The position numbers were made by a program, and so were the translations under genes. This document shows positions 1-11,010 of a stretch of DNA of 64,000 nt, piece by piece; position 1 is the stretch's first letter; every line of letters begins with the position of its first letter. Location of the stretch: NCBI GenBank assembly GCA_040285825.1, contig JAUPSS010000004.1:2026550-2090549 (forward strand). The letters run 5' to 3'. The stretch is from Eukaryota sp. TZLM1-RC (Eukaryota > Protista > Metamonada: BaSk clade). The notes under the pieces are model-generated. The model was not told the origin of the DNA. It did not search any database and saw nothing but the letters and a program-made list of their open reading frames with translations.

Positions 1-2
1 CA

Positions 3-3000
3 GTTTAGAATAAGAGAGGGCAGTGAAGAAAGTGTTAGATTAGCGTTTGAAACACGATGGTTTTCAATAAATAAATGTTCAATAAAAGATACTAATTGTG
101 AGTAGTCATCATTAATTAATTGGTAAATTTGTGAAAATTCAGATGATTTACTTTTCTTATGGAATCGTCTCAAATATTCTAATCCAACATCAACTGACTG
201 ACATCTATTTTTACAACGTTTGATCCCTTCTAATCTGTCAGAAGGCTCAAATGTAAGCACCATTGAAATATTTGCAAATTCTCTACCAAACCAACTTGCA
301 AGATCAGATGAATAATTCAGAGCCGTGACATGCTGCAAAAACATATTTTCAGAAATATTTAAATTTTGCAAAACCTGTGATTCTGAACGGCTAATTAATG
401 AACTCAATTTTTGTAATAATGGAATATTGGCAGAAAAAGAACCAGAAATATTACTGAGAAACTGAGAAATAAAAAATGCCAATTTAATTCTCTCTAAATC
501 ATAAACATCTTTAAAATTGAATAATTCAAAATTAATTAATTCAGTAGACATTAATTGATCAAGGCTTGGTAAAATAGAACAAGTATCATTTGACAAATCA
601 TTGCAAAGTGCTTCGGCTAAATGACTTCCCTCTTTAACAATTAATTCAGATAAAAGATTAGTTAAATCTTCCTTATTATTTGAATAAGGTTTCTGAATAT
701 TGCGGTTTAAGCAGATTGTCTGAATAGAATTGGAAACAACTTGGACTTCAGCAATGTAATGTTTTGTGTTAAAGCTATTGAATAATAAATAGACCAAATC
801 ATTAGAATTAAATGCAGAAATTACAGAATCAATGGAATCATTATCTGAAAAACCAAAATTATAAACCATATTCGCAAGATTCTCTTCATGGGAAACATTT
901 AAGGAATTCTCTGGTAGAGCAGAACAAGATTTAATATTCTCAGTGATTACATCAATGGTACTTGATAACGATTCAAATTCCGACCCTAATTGGGTAATAA
1001 AAGGAGGAGTAATAGACAAATTTGTGAATTGATTTGAAAAAGAATTGAACTTATCTATTAAATAAATAAATTCATTCTTCAGGGATAAACAGCTATTGTA
1101 TGGGACTGTTTCTGAATCAGATATTTCAGCTAAAACTCGAAGTAAATCGTCAAATGTTGCATAAAGATTACGATGAACAATGAGAAACTTTCGCTCTAAA
1201 TCTTTGGCAGAATTCAATTGACTTTTGAGAGCTTTTTCTGACTTTTCTTGAATTTCTAGGTTTTCTTGTAATTTCTTGCTACTTTTGAGCGATGCCACCC
1301 CCCAATTTGAGCTAGATTGATAGCTTTCAGTGAGCTCTTGCTTGTCAATGGAAATTTTACGTCGAAGTTTACGAATTTGAATTTCAGGAACAATGGAATT
1401 AACACAAATAAACAAAGAATTATCCGTACAAAGATTAAAATCAGTACACATAGTAACCAATAGTCCTTCTTGAAGTGATTGAATCACGTGATTCTGAGCC
1501 GAATTAATTTCAGTTCTCGCTTGACGAATTTTTTGGACAACTCCGGACACAGAAATCGTGGTGTATCTATTGACAAAATGTAATGATCCAGTAGCAACAA
1601 TACTGAAAATTTCCAAAATTTTAGACTCCACAGTACAATTTCCAATCATTGATTTTTCACAATCAGTTAAAAATTCAAATTTTTGGATTAAAACATTAAT
1701 AAATTCAGGGGAAAATTCAACTGAGCCAGACAAAGATTCGACAACTTCCCTAGCTTTACTAATGACGTCATCAGACCATTTTGAGAGTTCAGATATTAAA
1801 TCTGCCACATGTTGCTGACGTTCCTCGAATTTTAATAGCTTTGTTTTGATGGATGGAAGCTTTTCAGTGGTAATGTTAACCTTGCCTTCTGAAATTTCTA
1901 ATGCTTTACAAACTGTATTGTCCAAACTTTCTCCAAATTTTGACAGTGGTTCAGTGAGCCTATTGATGTAGGAGAAGAGCTCACGTCGTAAACTAGATAG
2001 TCCATCATTTAATTCATTAATTTCAGAGAGAATTCTTCTATTTTTCAAAAAGAAATCAGAATTAATACTATACAAGCAACTACAAGAATCACCATCTGAA
2101 AATACACAATGACTCGAACAGCATTTAAACTCAAGGTTATGGAGTAATGGCGCCAAAGTTGACAAAATTTCAAAAAATTTACCAACCACAAGTGATAATT
2201 TTTCTGTATAAACTGATTGAGTATTTTGATTTCTAACGACTTCTTCTAATTTTGACCTCTTTGACGAAACATTGCCGACAGTGGAAGCTAGAAGGGAGCC
2301 AATACTAGAAACAGAAATGCCAGAGTCCAGATCAAAATTTTCCACTAAATTTTTAGACATTTTTGAAAAAGATAGACTAGTTGAGTTGAGTAAATGATCA
2401 AATTTCTGCAAAACTTCAAGCAAGTCCTGGGCACTAAATTCTTTACTTTCCAAGTTCTTCAGCAAATTATTAATAAAGTTACAAACAAATGGAGTGGAAT
2501 AAATCGTCATGAAATAATTGTTTAATTCAGCAAATTTGGTTGAATCTGGTGTAAGTGTGGTGGACATAGAGATTTGGTCAGAAAGGCTCGTGACGTCACC
2601 AATCAAAGTTGAAACATCAACAATCATTTTGGTGGCCTCTTCCAACTCAAGAATGAAATTTTCATTGAAAAATTCATCAGATGCTAGTAAATCAGATAAT
2701 GCAGCGGCATCAGCAGAAAGTTTAGTTAAATGTTGAAAAACAGATAAATCTTCATCCTTGAACATTTTGATCAGCAAATTCCGAACAATAACATCTAGAG
2801 GGCTTTTAAACCTGGAAATAACACTAGAATCAGACTCATAATCATGCTTAAACAGTTGGTTTAAGTGATGAATCAAAGAACCACATTCATCATTACAAAA
2901 AACAATGGTTTTGCGCACCCTTTCAATCAAAAAGATTAAGACCTTTTCCAAGTTGATTTCATCAGAAACAATAGATTGTTTGGTTTTGATTTCCGTTAGT

Positions 3001-6000
3001 TCAGGCAGCACATTACTTAATTGAGTAATTAATGGATATAAAGGATGTGCAGGGAAAGTGTTAAATAAATCCAAAGGAAACTCAGAAACAGATGAGTTGC
3101 TGGAAAGTAAGTCGACAACAGATAGTAAATACTTGGAGATTGAGTCGTCTAAATTCTTCTTCAGCACGTCAACATTTTGAGCTTCGGCTTCTGCTGACTC
3201 TATTTTATTAAGTAAATTCTCAGATTCACTTTCTGTAAATCTAATCTTTTCAACTTCTTGAGTTAAAAATTCAGAATTACCTTGAGGTAAATGTTTCCTG
3301 AACTGAAAAATAGAACCCTTACCAATAGCAAGCAAATAACGCAGATATTCAAACAATGGGGCATAATAAGAATAATTGAGAAAATATTCATTACTTGTAA
3401 TTGCGGAATAGAGATCAGAGAAGAGATCAGTTGCTAATGATGACGTGTCATTTGCCAAAATTTTGTGATAATTCCATTTAGAATCTGAAACCAAATCCAA
3501 AGTTAGTTGATTTAGCACATTGTTTTTAAACATTTGATATTGATAAATGAGCGAATCAGATAAAGAAACAAAATGCTCTTTGGAAGCAGTTTCATTCTTC
3601 AAAAAGCACTTAATTAGATTAGTATAAGATTCTGCTACAATAGCATATGAAAAAGCATCAAATAAATTAGGATTATTGTTAATATTATTATCATTAATTC
3701 TTTTGAATTCAGTTAAAGTTTCCAAAACTGTTTGATTAAACCTTTGGATTGCAGGTGCAGAAGCTTCCATAAATGCCACGTGATCGATTGACTTGATGAT
3801 GTGATCATTGGCGTCTTTGATTTTAGTAAATACATCACAAACTAAATCATTTAATTTGGATAAATCGTAGTTGGGAACAGACCCAAATAATTTAACAAAT
3901 CTTAATAAGGCAGACTTAAAAACAGAAACCAAATCAGCAAGCTTTCGTAAATTGATTGATGGTTCTTGATTAGTATCAGTGTGAACGTGATCAACATCAC
4001 GTGATAGCCCGCTCAAAAGGGAAGAAAGTCGTGAGAATTCAGCAGAAACTTGACCAACAGTCGATGACTCCACTAGTCCATTATAAACATTACTGATTCC
4101 TGTTAAACTGTTTTCAAAAGATTTAATAACCAAACTTGACAAATTAATCTTATAAAAGTAATTAGATTCATTAATCTCTTGTGTTAATTGGCAAGCTTCC
4201 TCACTCAAAGCCTGTTTTTCGGGCAATTTACTGGTAATATCCTCAAATACTTTGCTTAAACATAGTAAATCTTCTAATGAAAAATTATCCCTAAAACAAA
4301 ATCCTTTGAATTCTTGAAACTTTGAAGTGCAAAAGGAAATTAAGTCAGTTGAAATATTATCCAATTCTGAAAAAATGTATTCGCAGCTATCAATCGAATC
4401 TCTTCGGATTTTAGCGGCAATTAATCTTCTTTCGGCAACCTTAGATAGGTCAGAAAGAATGTTCTTGAGCTCTTCAACATCATCATACCCATTCTTTTCC
4501 AAATATTGTATTCCATTTTCTATAACATCCTTCTTTTGGTTAAATTCAACTGCAAAAGATTCCAAATACTCTGGAGACAACAACTCAACAACAATTCCTT
4601 CTGGTAAGCTTAAAGAACCACCCAAATACGACAGCCTATTCTTAACAACCAAGGAAATGAAGTTTGTCGTTACCCCATTGCTAGAATCTTGGGGTAAAAC
4701 TAAATCAGTGTCTGTTGCAAATGAAGATATGATTGTGGAAAAAGATTGAATAATTGATGGAAGGTCAAAAAGAATTTTTTCTAGATTTTGGGCCAAGTCT
4801 TCCGTTTTTGAACTAATCACGTGATCAGAGTCCAAGACTTTCCTTGACTTTGATAGGATCAAGCTAGTTTTTAACCTACTCCAAATGTCGACACTTTCCG
4901 TAATCAGAGGAGTAATTTCAGTAAGTTTTGTGAATAAACTACTGGCTGGAGAAATAGTATTTGAAAAAACTTCAGAAAATTCATCCAAAGAACAAGTAAG
5001 ACTAGAATAAATATCTTCAGCTTGATCGAGAGTGTTTTCGTCCAATTCAGAAACTTGTAAATCTAGATAAGAAATAGACTCATTAATTAAATCAACCAAC
5101 TCTAAATAAAAGCTGGTTTCACATACTGATTCAAAAGAACTTCGCAACAAATTAATAATCTCATCAAAGGAACTTGGACAGCTATCCGGTAAAGGTTTTT
5201 TTAACAAAGTAAATGCAATTCGAACCTTTGAAATTAATTCACTTAAAGTCTTGCAACCGTTAATGACTCTGTATAATCTTGTAGAGAGATTGGATAAGTC
5301 AGATTTTAATTCAGATATAGAACTATTGTGGGTAGAGATTTGGGGTAAATAATGGTGAGATGACGTGACAAGGTCAAAAATGCCGAGCTTTTCGAAAATT
5401 TGAACCGCTCTGTTATTTAAAACAGTAGAAAATTCATTAAAATTAGATAAATTATCCATGATAGCTGAAGAACATGACAATTCATCAATCAAATCTCTGC
5501 ATTGACCAACTCTGGAAATCACGTGACCAATCAAAACTGATTGACTAGTTGCCGGTTTGAAACCCTGACTTGCTGAGTGAATAATGGTGGCTAGGATCAA
5601 TCCACACCTTGGAGATGCAATAACTTCACTGGAAATTTCTTCATATACCTCAGGAAGCATACCACTCCAAGTGAGTATGTAAAGTGCAGTGGAGAGAGGG
5701 TCGTTCATGGCTGAGGGAGTCAGAGGGAGTAAGTGCCAGGAATAGGAGATGGCTACGTAGAGGAAAGGAAGACCATTGCGTTGGGTGAGATCAGTGGGGT
5801 TGAGGACCGTTAAGCCAAAGGGACGGCAACATTTATCAAAGAAAGATAAAACTTCAGTGGAATCATTATGAAGGTAGTTAAAATGATGAAAAAGAAAGAG
5901 TGAAAAGGTGGAATCATCATGGATAAAAGGAAGGTCTTGAACATCAAAACTTAGGAAAGATGAAACAGATGGACAATCATCTATCGGAGGAGTGTAAGAA

Positions 6001-6152
6001 TTAAGTAAAGCAGATAACGAGGAAGGGGCATCAACACTTATGTGGCGCATACTAGTGGTTATAACATTGATAAGGCACTGAACTTTCTCATCGACATCAT
6101 GGAAGGTATCACATCTTAGAGAAAGACCCCATGTGAATAGTAGTTGTAGCAT
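3..6152 (-). CDS. Very large (>2050 aa) uncharacterised, probably helical protein; 3' end lies beyond the window
   Basis: ATG at 6152 (MLQLLFTWGLSLRCDTF...). The same frame is stop-free where I read it (3-180, ~1200, ~6000-6150). The ORF track lists no minus-strand ORF here, as expected if it runs off the edge. No family recognised. Confidence 0.8.
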   Translation of the reverse strand, partial: MLQLLFTWGLSLRCDTFHDVDEKVQCLINVITTSMRHISVDAPSSLSALLNSYTPPIDDCPSVSSFLSFDVQDLPFIHDDSTFSLFLFHHFNYLHNDSTEVLSFFDKCCRPFGLTVLNPTDLTQRNGLPFLYVAISYSWHLLPLTPSAMNDPLSTALYILTWSGMLPEVYEEISSEVIASPRCGLILATIIHSASQGFKPATSQSVLIGHVISRVGQCRDLIDELSCSSAIMDNLSNFNEFSTVLNNRAVQIFEKLGIFDLVTSSHHYLPQISTHNSSISELKSDLSNLSTRLYRVINGCKTLSELISKVRIAFTLLKKPLPDSCPSSFDEIINLLRSSFESVCETSFYLELVDLINESISYLDLQVSELDENTLDQAEDIYSSLTCSLDEFSEVFSNTISPASSLFTKLTEITPLITESVDIWSRLKTSLILSKSRKVLDSDHVISSKTEDLAQNLEKILFDLPSIIQSFSTIISSFATDTDLVLPQDSSNGVTTNFISLVVKNRLSYLGGSLSLPEGIVVELLSPEYLESFAVEFNQKKDVIENGIQYLEKNGYDDVEELKNILSDLSKVAERRLIAAKIRRDSIDSCEYIFSELDNISTDLISFCTSKFQEFKGFCFRDNFSLEDLLCLSKVFEDITSKLPEKQALSEEACQLTQEINESNYFYKINLSSLVIKSFENSLTGISNVYNGLVESSTVGQVSAEFSRLSSLLSGLSRDVDHVHTDTNQEPSINLRKLADLVSVFKSALLRFVKLFGSVPNYDLSKLNDLVCDVFTKIKDANDHIIKSIDHVAFMEASAPAIQRFNQTVLETLTEFKRINDNNINNNPNLFDAFSYAIVAESYTNLIKCFLKNETASKEHFVSLSDSLIYQYQMFKNNVLNQLTLDLVSDSKWNYHKILANDTSSLATDLFSDLYSAITSNEYFLNYSYYAPLFEYLRYLLAIGKGSIFQFRKHLPQGNSEFLTQEVEKIRFTESESENLLNKIESAEAEAQNVDVLKKNLDDSISKYLLSVVDLLSSNSSVSEFPLDLFNTFPAHPLYPLITQLSNVLPELTEIKTKQSIVSDEINLEKVLIFLIERVRKTIVFCNDECGSLIHHLNQLFKHDYESDSSVISRFKSPLDVIVRNLLIKMFKDEDLSVFQHLTKLSADAAALSDLLASDEFFNENFILELEEATKMIVDVSTLIGDVTSLSDQISMSTTLTPDSTKFAELNNYFMTIYSTPFVCNFINNLLKNLESKEFSAQDLLEVLQKFDHLLNSTSLSFSKMSKNLVENFDLDSGISVSSIGSLLASTVGNVSSKRSKLEEVVRNQNTQSVYTEKLSLVVGKFFEILSTLAPLLHNLEFKCCSSHCVFSDGDSCSCLYSINSDFFLKNRRILSEINELNDGLSSLRRELFSYINRLTEPLSKFGESLDNTVCKALEISEGKVNITTEKLPSIKTKLLKFEERQQHVADLISELSKWSDDVISKAREVVESLSGSVEFSPEFINVLIQKFEFLTDCEKSMIGNCTVESKILEIFSIVATGSLHFVNRYTTISVSGVVQKIRQARTEINSAQNHVIQSLQEGLLVTMCTDFNLCTDNSLFICVNSIVPEIQIRKLRRKISIDKQELTESYQSSSNWGVASLKSSKKLQENLEIQEKSEKALKSQLNSAKDLERKFLIVHRNLYATFDDLLRVLAEISDSETVPYNSCLSLKNEFIYLIDKFNSFSNQFTNLSITPPFITQLGSEFESLSSTIDVITENIKSCSALPENSLNVSHEENLANMVYNFGFSDNDSIDSVISAFNSNDLVYLLFNSFNTKHYIAEVQVVSNSIQTICLNRNIQKPYSNNKEDLTNLLSELIVKEGSHLAEALCNDLSNDTCSILPSLDQLMSTELINFELFNFKDVYDLERIKLAFFISQFLSNISGSFSANIPLLQKLSSLISRSESQVLQNLNISENMFLQHVTALNYSSDLASWFGREFANISMVLTFEPSDRLEGIKRCKNRCQSVDVGLEYLRRFHKKSKSSEFSQIYQLINDDYSQLVSFIEHLFIENHRVSNANLTLSSLPSLILN

Positions 6153-6239
6153 AATATCTGATAATTGGAAATGGTAGAAATTTCTTTACCAGATTTTTTA
6201 CTATAATTTCTTCACTTATATCAAACTTAATACCACTTA

Positions 6240-7595
6240 ATGGAACTTGGAAAGGCTAAGAAAGGTTCCAAAAAGAAGGGCAAGAAGGGTGCCAAAAAGG
6301 CTGCCCCAACAGTTGACCCTGAAGTAGAACGGCGTAACAAACAGGAAGCACTTCGTCTTAAGCTTAAGGACCGTCTCTCTGCTCTAGAAAAAGCATCTAG
6401 AATCAACAAACTTAAAGTTGAAGAAGGTTGGAAAGAGTTAATGCGTGTCCGCAAAGCTGAATCCTTACGTACAGAACTAGAACAACTAGCGTCTCTCCAT
6501 GAACTGCGGGTAGACTCCAAGGATGCCCTTATCTCTTCTTTGGATCGTGAACTCGATGTGGCTGAGGAAATGTATTCAGATGCACACAGGAGCCATCTTC
6601 GTAATATAGATCTTCTTCTGGAACTTCAAAGGGACTCTGTTCAAAGGTTGGAAAACACTTTTAATTCTGATATAGGAGGACTTAAAGAAAGATATAATGA
6701 AGAACGTAAAGAGATTTTAGCTAATCACGAAGCTCTCAAACAGTCTATTTTGGAGTCTATGGAGACTATGGAAGCTGAGTTCAAAGAATACGAAACCCAG
6801 AGCCGACAACATTTCGAGGAGGTTTTTCAAGCTGAAAAAGACAAGCACACTGAGGAATTTAACGTTCAAAAGATAACCCTTGAAGCTGCGTTAGATGACT
6901 TGAAGACATCAGCTACAGAGGCCTACACACAATACAGGTCCGCCACAGACCAAACACAGAGTCAGTATCAGAAGCTACTGGAAAGGGATAAAATGAATCA
7001 AAAAAGATTAGTCTTACAAGGTCAACACATGAAAAAGCTCACGGATCAGATCAGTTCTTGGAAGGCAAAAATTTCAACGTCAAAAGCTGATTATACTCGA
7101 AAATTTGAAGAATTAGCGACTGAAAAAGCTCAAATTCAAAAACATTTTAGAAGATTGAGAAACAGAATCCAAAATTTCAGGTCGTCAGAAAAAGAACGAT
7201 TATCAAGTCTGTCTCAAAGTGCAAGAAACTGCATCGATTTGCTTTCTACTTATGTCGAATTGGGTGAATCAACTGTTAAAATAGCCCAGATTTGCCACAA
7301 GCTGGAAACCCAAAATGAACAACACTCGCCATTCTATGCCAACTTGGACGAATACGAAGATGTGGAAATTGGACAAACCCTCGACATTGTTCCTGAAATG
7401 GACAGGTTCTATCAACGGCATAACAAGGTTTTAGTTGAAACTGTGGCCTTGAGAAAGGAAGAAGAGAGGTTATTAGAGGAGAATTCAAAGTTGAAATCAA
7501 TTTTGGAACAATATCTGTCTGCAATATCGGTTAATGATGATGTTTTGGCAAATGATAATCCATTATTAACAGTAAATTCATTAAAAGGAGTGTAG
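6240..7595 (+). CDS. DRC2: Dynein regulatory complex subunit 2 (CCDC65), flagellar coiled-coil protein
   Basis: K-rich N-terminus; W..LMR..K...LR.ELE.L...H...VD.KDA.I..LDRELD.AEE.Y..A.RSHL.NID.L pattern; C-terminal LEQYL..ISV.DDVL...NPLL. Confidence 0.85.
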   Translation: MELGKAKKGSKKKGKKGAKKAAPTVDPEVERRNKQEALRLKLKDRLSALEKASRINKLKVEEGWKELMRVRKAESLRTELEQLASLHELRVDSKDALISSLDRELDVAEEMYSDAHRSHLRNIDLLLELQRDSVQRLENTFNSDIGGLKERYNEERKEILANHEALKQSILESMETMEAEFKEYETQSRQHFEEVFQAEKDKHTEEFNVQKITLEAALDDLKTSATEAYTQYRSATDQTQSQYQKLLERDKMNQKRLVLQGQHMKKLTDQISSWKAKISTSKADYTRKFEELATEKAQIQKHFRRLRNRIQNFRSSEKERLSSLSQSARNCIDLLSTYVELGESTVKIAQICHKLETQNEQHSPFYANLDEYEDVEIGQTLDIVPEMDRFYQRHNKVLVETVALRKEEERLLEENSKLKSILEQYLSAISVNDDVLANDNPLLTVNSLKGV

Positions 7596-7710
7596 TTTAA
7601 GTGTGTTTTGTACATTAATATTGTATTATAATTGTTAGTTACACGTTTGCATAGAATAAAGGATTATTTTAATAAAGGAAACCTGTGTTTATTGTGTGAA
7701 TCTGTACAGT

Positions 7711-8001
7711 TTATTCTGATGTCTCAGATAGTTCCTCTAACTCCTGATCAGAATCTACTTGTTGAGAGCGTGCTTTGTGTATACAATGACTGAACTTTTG
7801 ATACTGTTGTCTGATGGAAGATCGTAGGTTGTTGATAGGTGTACATGATTCTGGTGCAAAGACTATTACTGCAGAGGTTGCCGCAACAATAGCAGACACT
7901 GTAAGGAGTTTGGAGAGCCTACCCATGGGTAATAAAGAAATATCCGACTTTGTGAAATTGATTTTGCAACCAGATTCCATTCCTCCACCGCTTTTTTTCA
8001 T
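7711..8001 (-). CDS. Small hypothetical protein with one hydrophobic segment; true start may be the internal MGRLSK
   Basis: ORF with TM-like LLTVSAIVAATSAVIVFA followed by a charged tail; fills the gap between DRC2 and GLE1. Confidence 0.35.
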   Translation of the reverse strand: MKKSGGGMESGCKINFTKSDISLLPMGRLSKLLTVSAIVAATSAVIVFAPESCTPINNLRSSIRQQYQKFSHCIHKARSQQVDSDQELEELSETSE

Positions 8002-8214
8002 GATGTTGTTTTAATGGAACATTCATAACGGATAATGGATGGCTGACACCATACAAGACTACCATTGTGACAAAGACAAGATGAACAAGCAAAAACAACA
8101 TGAGATATTTATTCAGAAACAAGTAAAGATAAACTGGTTACAAATCAATAAAACAATGAGAATATGTACAAAAAAGTAGAAAAAGTCATAAAAACTAGTC
8201 AAATAAAGAAATGA

Positions 8215-9480
8215 CTAACTCAAACTATTAAGCACTTCGTCTTTAAAGTGAGGATTAGAATGAAACTTTGACAGAAAGTCTTCAAGATTCTTCGTGACTG
8301 ATGAAGATGTATCACTGTTAGGTATAGATGCAAATTTAGGCAAAACAAATTCTTCTACAAATAAAACTAATTTTTTAAATTGGTTCTTATAAATATTAAT
8401 TAATTTCCAGCTAGACATTTTCAAACAAGAGGATAAGAAAAGCCCTGCATAATCATTACTTAAAGACAACCAACTTAAACCAGATAAAAGTGACCAAAGT
8501 TTTGAATAATCAGCTGAAACTAATAAAAAAGCAACATAAAAATAGCATAAAGAATGATTAATTGCACTTCTTCCAGTAATTATTAAAGGAATAGTTAAAG
8601 GTTCATCACTATAAAATTTTGTTAGTAGGCACATTTTAAATCTATTTACCATCCCCTTTATAGAATTAAATGCTGGATTATTTATCAAATCACGAACAAA
8701 TAAGGCTAAATGAACAGCAAAACCATAATCAGCTTCACTAATTCTTTGTTCAGCTAAACTAAATAAAACAGAAGCAAGTTCAAAAGACACTGCTCTTGAA
8801 GCATTGGACTTGGAATTGGCATCAGTTACTTTGCTGAGACAAGATTGAATTATATTGGAAATAATATAAACAATATTACTTGATGTAGAATTGGTGATAT
8901 TTTGATGAGATAAGTGAGAAGACAGTAGAGAAAATTCATTTGAATAAAATTGTTTGATTTCGTCTAATGGGACATTACTCATGGCTTTATTGACCTTTGC
9001 CACGTCATCACTTGCCGATGTTGACAGACTTTCTAGTTGGGTAATAACACCAGGTGGAGGTTCAATATGTTTGACTTCTGACGACTTCTTGATTGAAGCT
9101 GACAACGCTGGTGGTGAAGGTGATCTAGATGGAGACACAGAAGGTTTGTCTGGCTCTGTAATAGTTTGGGGAAAGGAAAAGGAAAAACTTGACTCAGTTG
9201 GTTCTGCTTTAGGTTGGGGAACTTGCTCAGGTTTGGGCTTCTCTGAAGGTGGTTTATCAGAGAAGGAAGTGGTGAAAACGGTAGTTCTTGACGGAGAAGG
9301 AGACGTAAAGGATGGAACAAACGAAGGGGTTTTTTGTTTTGTTTTTGATGGTTCGGAAGTGGTTGAGGGTGGTTTTGAATCAATGGTGGAATTAGGTTTA
9401 GGAAGAGGTTTATTGAGAAAAAATGATGAAGGTTGTAAGGGTTTAGGGGACACAAATGGAGGTGGAGCCTTGCATTTCAT
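8215..9480 (-). CDS. GLE1: GLE1-like mRNA export factor
   Basis: P/S-rich N-terminus, then a helical domain ending LWSLLS.L...FL..CLK....L...YKNQFKKLV.FV....LP, matching the GLE1 C-terminal pattern. Confidence 0.65.
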   Translation of the reverse strand: MKCKAPPPFVSPKPLQPSSFFLNKPLPKPNSTIDSKPPSTTSEPSKTKQKTPSFVPSFTSPSPSRTTVFTTSFSDKPPSEKPKPEQVPQPKAEPTESSFSFSFPQTITEPDKPSVSPSRSPSPPALSASIKKSSEVKHIEPPPGVITQLESLSTSASDDVAKVNKAMSNVPLDEIKQFYSNEFSLLSSHLSHQNITNSTSSNIVYIISNIIQSCLSKVTDANSKSNASRAVSFELASVLFSLAEQRISEADYGFAVHLALFVRDLINNPAFNSIKGMVNRFKMCLLTKFYSDEPLTIPLIITGRSAINHSLCYFYVAFLLVSADYSKLWSLLSGLSWLSLSNDYAGLFLSSCLKMSSWKLINIYKNQFKKLVLFVEEFVLPKFASIPNSDTSSSVTKNLEDFLSKFHSNPHFKDEVLNSLS

Positions 9481-9589
9481 GTGTAAGAACTCTGATTATA
9501 GGGGCAGTTGCTAATTGGCTGTTATTTTTAAGGTGAAAATCATCCATTCACAATTAATTTGAATTTCAAAACTTGAAATTGCAATCAGC

Positions 9590-9892
9590 ATGTCAGACAT
9601 ATCTCAGCGAGATTCTCCTGACATTTCACATTCTTCTAACATCATGCCGCAAAACGAGAAAAAAGACAACGAGGTAACGGGCCCAGTTCCCACCTCCTCC
9701 TTCAACCTGTTCTTCACAGAACAGCAGAGTATTTCCTCTCGAACTCCTCAGTCGGGAACAGTTATCCTGCTTTACATGAACAAACGGAAGGTCAGAGCTT
9801 TGATTTCCTATTGGAATCGTCGTTCTGATCCTTCCGTGGGGGTAGAGTATATCATTTTTTTGAGACATCATGTGAGTCATGATATGTCATGA
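9590..9892 (+). CDS. Hypothetical protein, possibly the first exon of a gene continuing at ~10120-10439
   Basis: ATG divergent from GLE1 across a ~110-bp gap; coding-like composition; no family recognised. Confidence 0.3.
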   Translation: MSDISQRDSPDISHSSNIMPQNEKKDNEVTGPVPTSSFNLFFTEQQSISSRTPQSGTVILLYMNKRKVRALISYWNRRSDPSVGVEYIIFLRHHVSHDMS

Positions 9893-10478
9893 TATGCTGT
9901 TGAATCAGCCATGGTCATAAACACCTTGAATATGGGATGTTATTTTTGTTTATGTTTTGTTTAGAATTGCTATTTTGATGTTTTTGAGTTTGTTGTTTTT
10001 TGTGGTTTAGGTACTTGCACTTTAGATATGGGATGTTTTTCTTGTTTATGTTGTGCCTTAAAGTGTTATTTTGATAATGTTTAGTTTGATGATTATGTTT
10101 ATAATTTATGTTTTCAATCCAGTAGCTTCCCACATCTTCCATCAACAAACCCATTGACTGTTCACTTAACAATGGATGGAGATGTTGAAGCAAATCCTGG
10201 TCCCAGAAAGAGAAGTTCCAATTGTAAATCATCATCTCCATCAAAAATTATTACAAAAGCGATTTTTGACCAACATGTCATGTTTATTAGCTTGTAACAG
10301 TGAGAGTTGCAAACTCAGTTGCAACAAAGGCTCAACAAAGCTTTTCAATAGAAACAAGCTGGCTTGTCTGAATATGTTTGCAATTGCTGAAGCCAGAACG
10401 AGTGGTAATGAAAGGCCTCAGTATCTGTGTAGTAAATAATTTTTGTAATTATTCCGCACGAAAATAGATCATGTATTT

Positions 10479-10835
10479 ATGGGATTTTCCCATCCTCATC
10501 GGTGTAACAAGGACACTCATTTCATTGTTATGGACAATATCTGTACAATGAATCAGGCATTCAGATATCCATGTACTATACATCATGACGGCCCAATAGA
10601 CACCACACATTTGAATGTTACGGTCAACGATGATGGTCTATATCAAACCAGTTTTAGGGGACGTCACCTACTCGGTACCGCTTTATCTGTTCCTGATCAT
10701 TATCAAGCAAGACTCACTGACGCTACTGGTAATGATACTCCTATCTCTTCTTTGGTAATCCTTGGACATGATGAACCATCCAAACACCCCCAAGTTAAGG
10801 ATTGGATAGCACTTATGGAATGTTTTGGTCCCTAA
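10479..10835 (+). CDS. RNASEH2C: Ribonuclease H2 subunit C; start may be an internal Met
   Basis: PCTIHHDGP, SFRGRHLLG..L.VP..Y, GHD...W motifs of RNase_H2_suC. Confidence 0.8.
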   Translation: MGFSHPHRCNKDTHFIVMDNICTMNQAFRYPCTIHHDGPIDTTHLNVTVNDDGLYQTSFRGRHLLGTALSVPDHYQARLTDATGNDTPISSLVILGHDEPSKHPQVKDWIALMECFGP

Positions 10836-11010
10836 TTGTTTTCTATTGTATTTGTAATTATTGAACCATACCGCTCCAGCGTTGTGAATTGCCCAAAATT
10901 GCGATTTTGAGGTATATTGATAATATTTATTAGTGAGAAAACAGTTAATATTACTACAGTTGTATTATACAAAAATCAGTATTACCGAATAACAATAAAT
11001 ATAAAAATGA

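Noticed and set aside
1558-4749. Plus-strand ORFs at 1558, 2518 and 4327, and similar ORFs such as 8954-9514 and 47684-47920
   Set aside because: Antisense shadows of real genes
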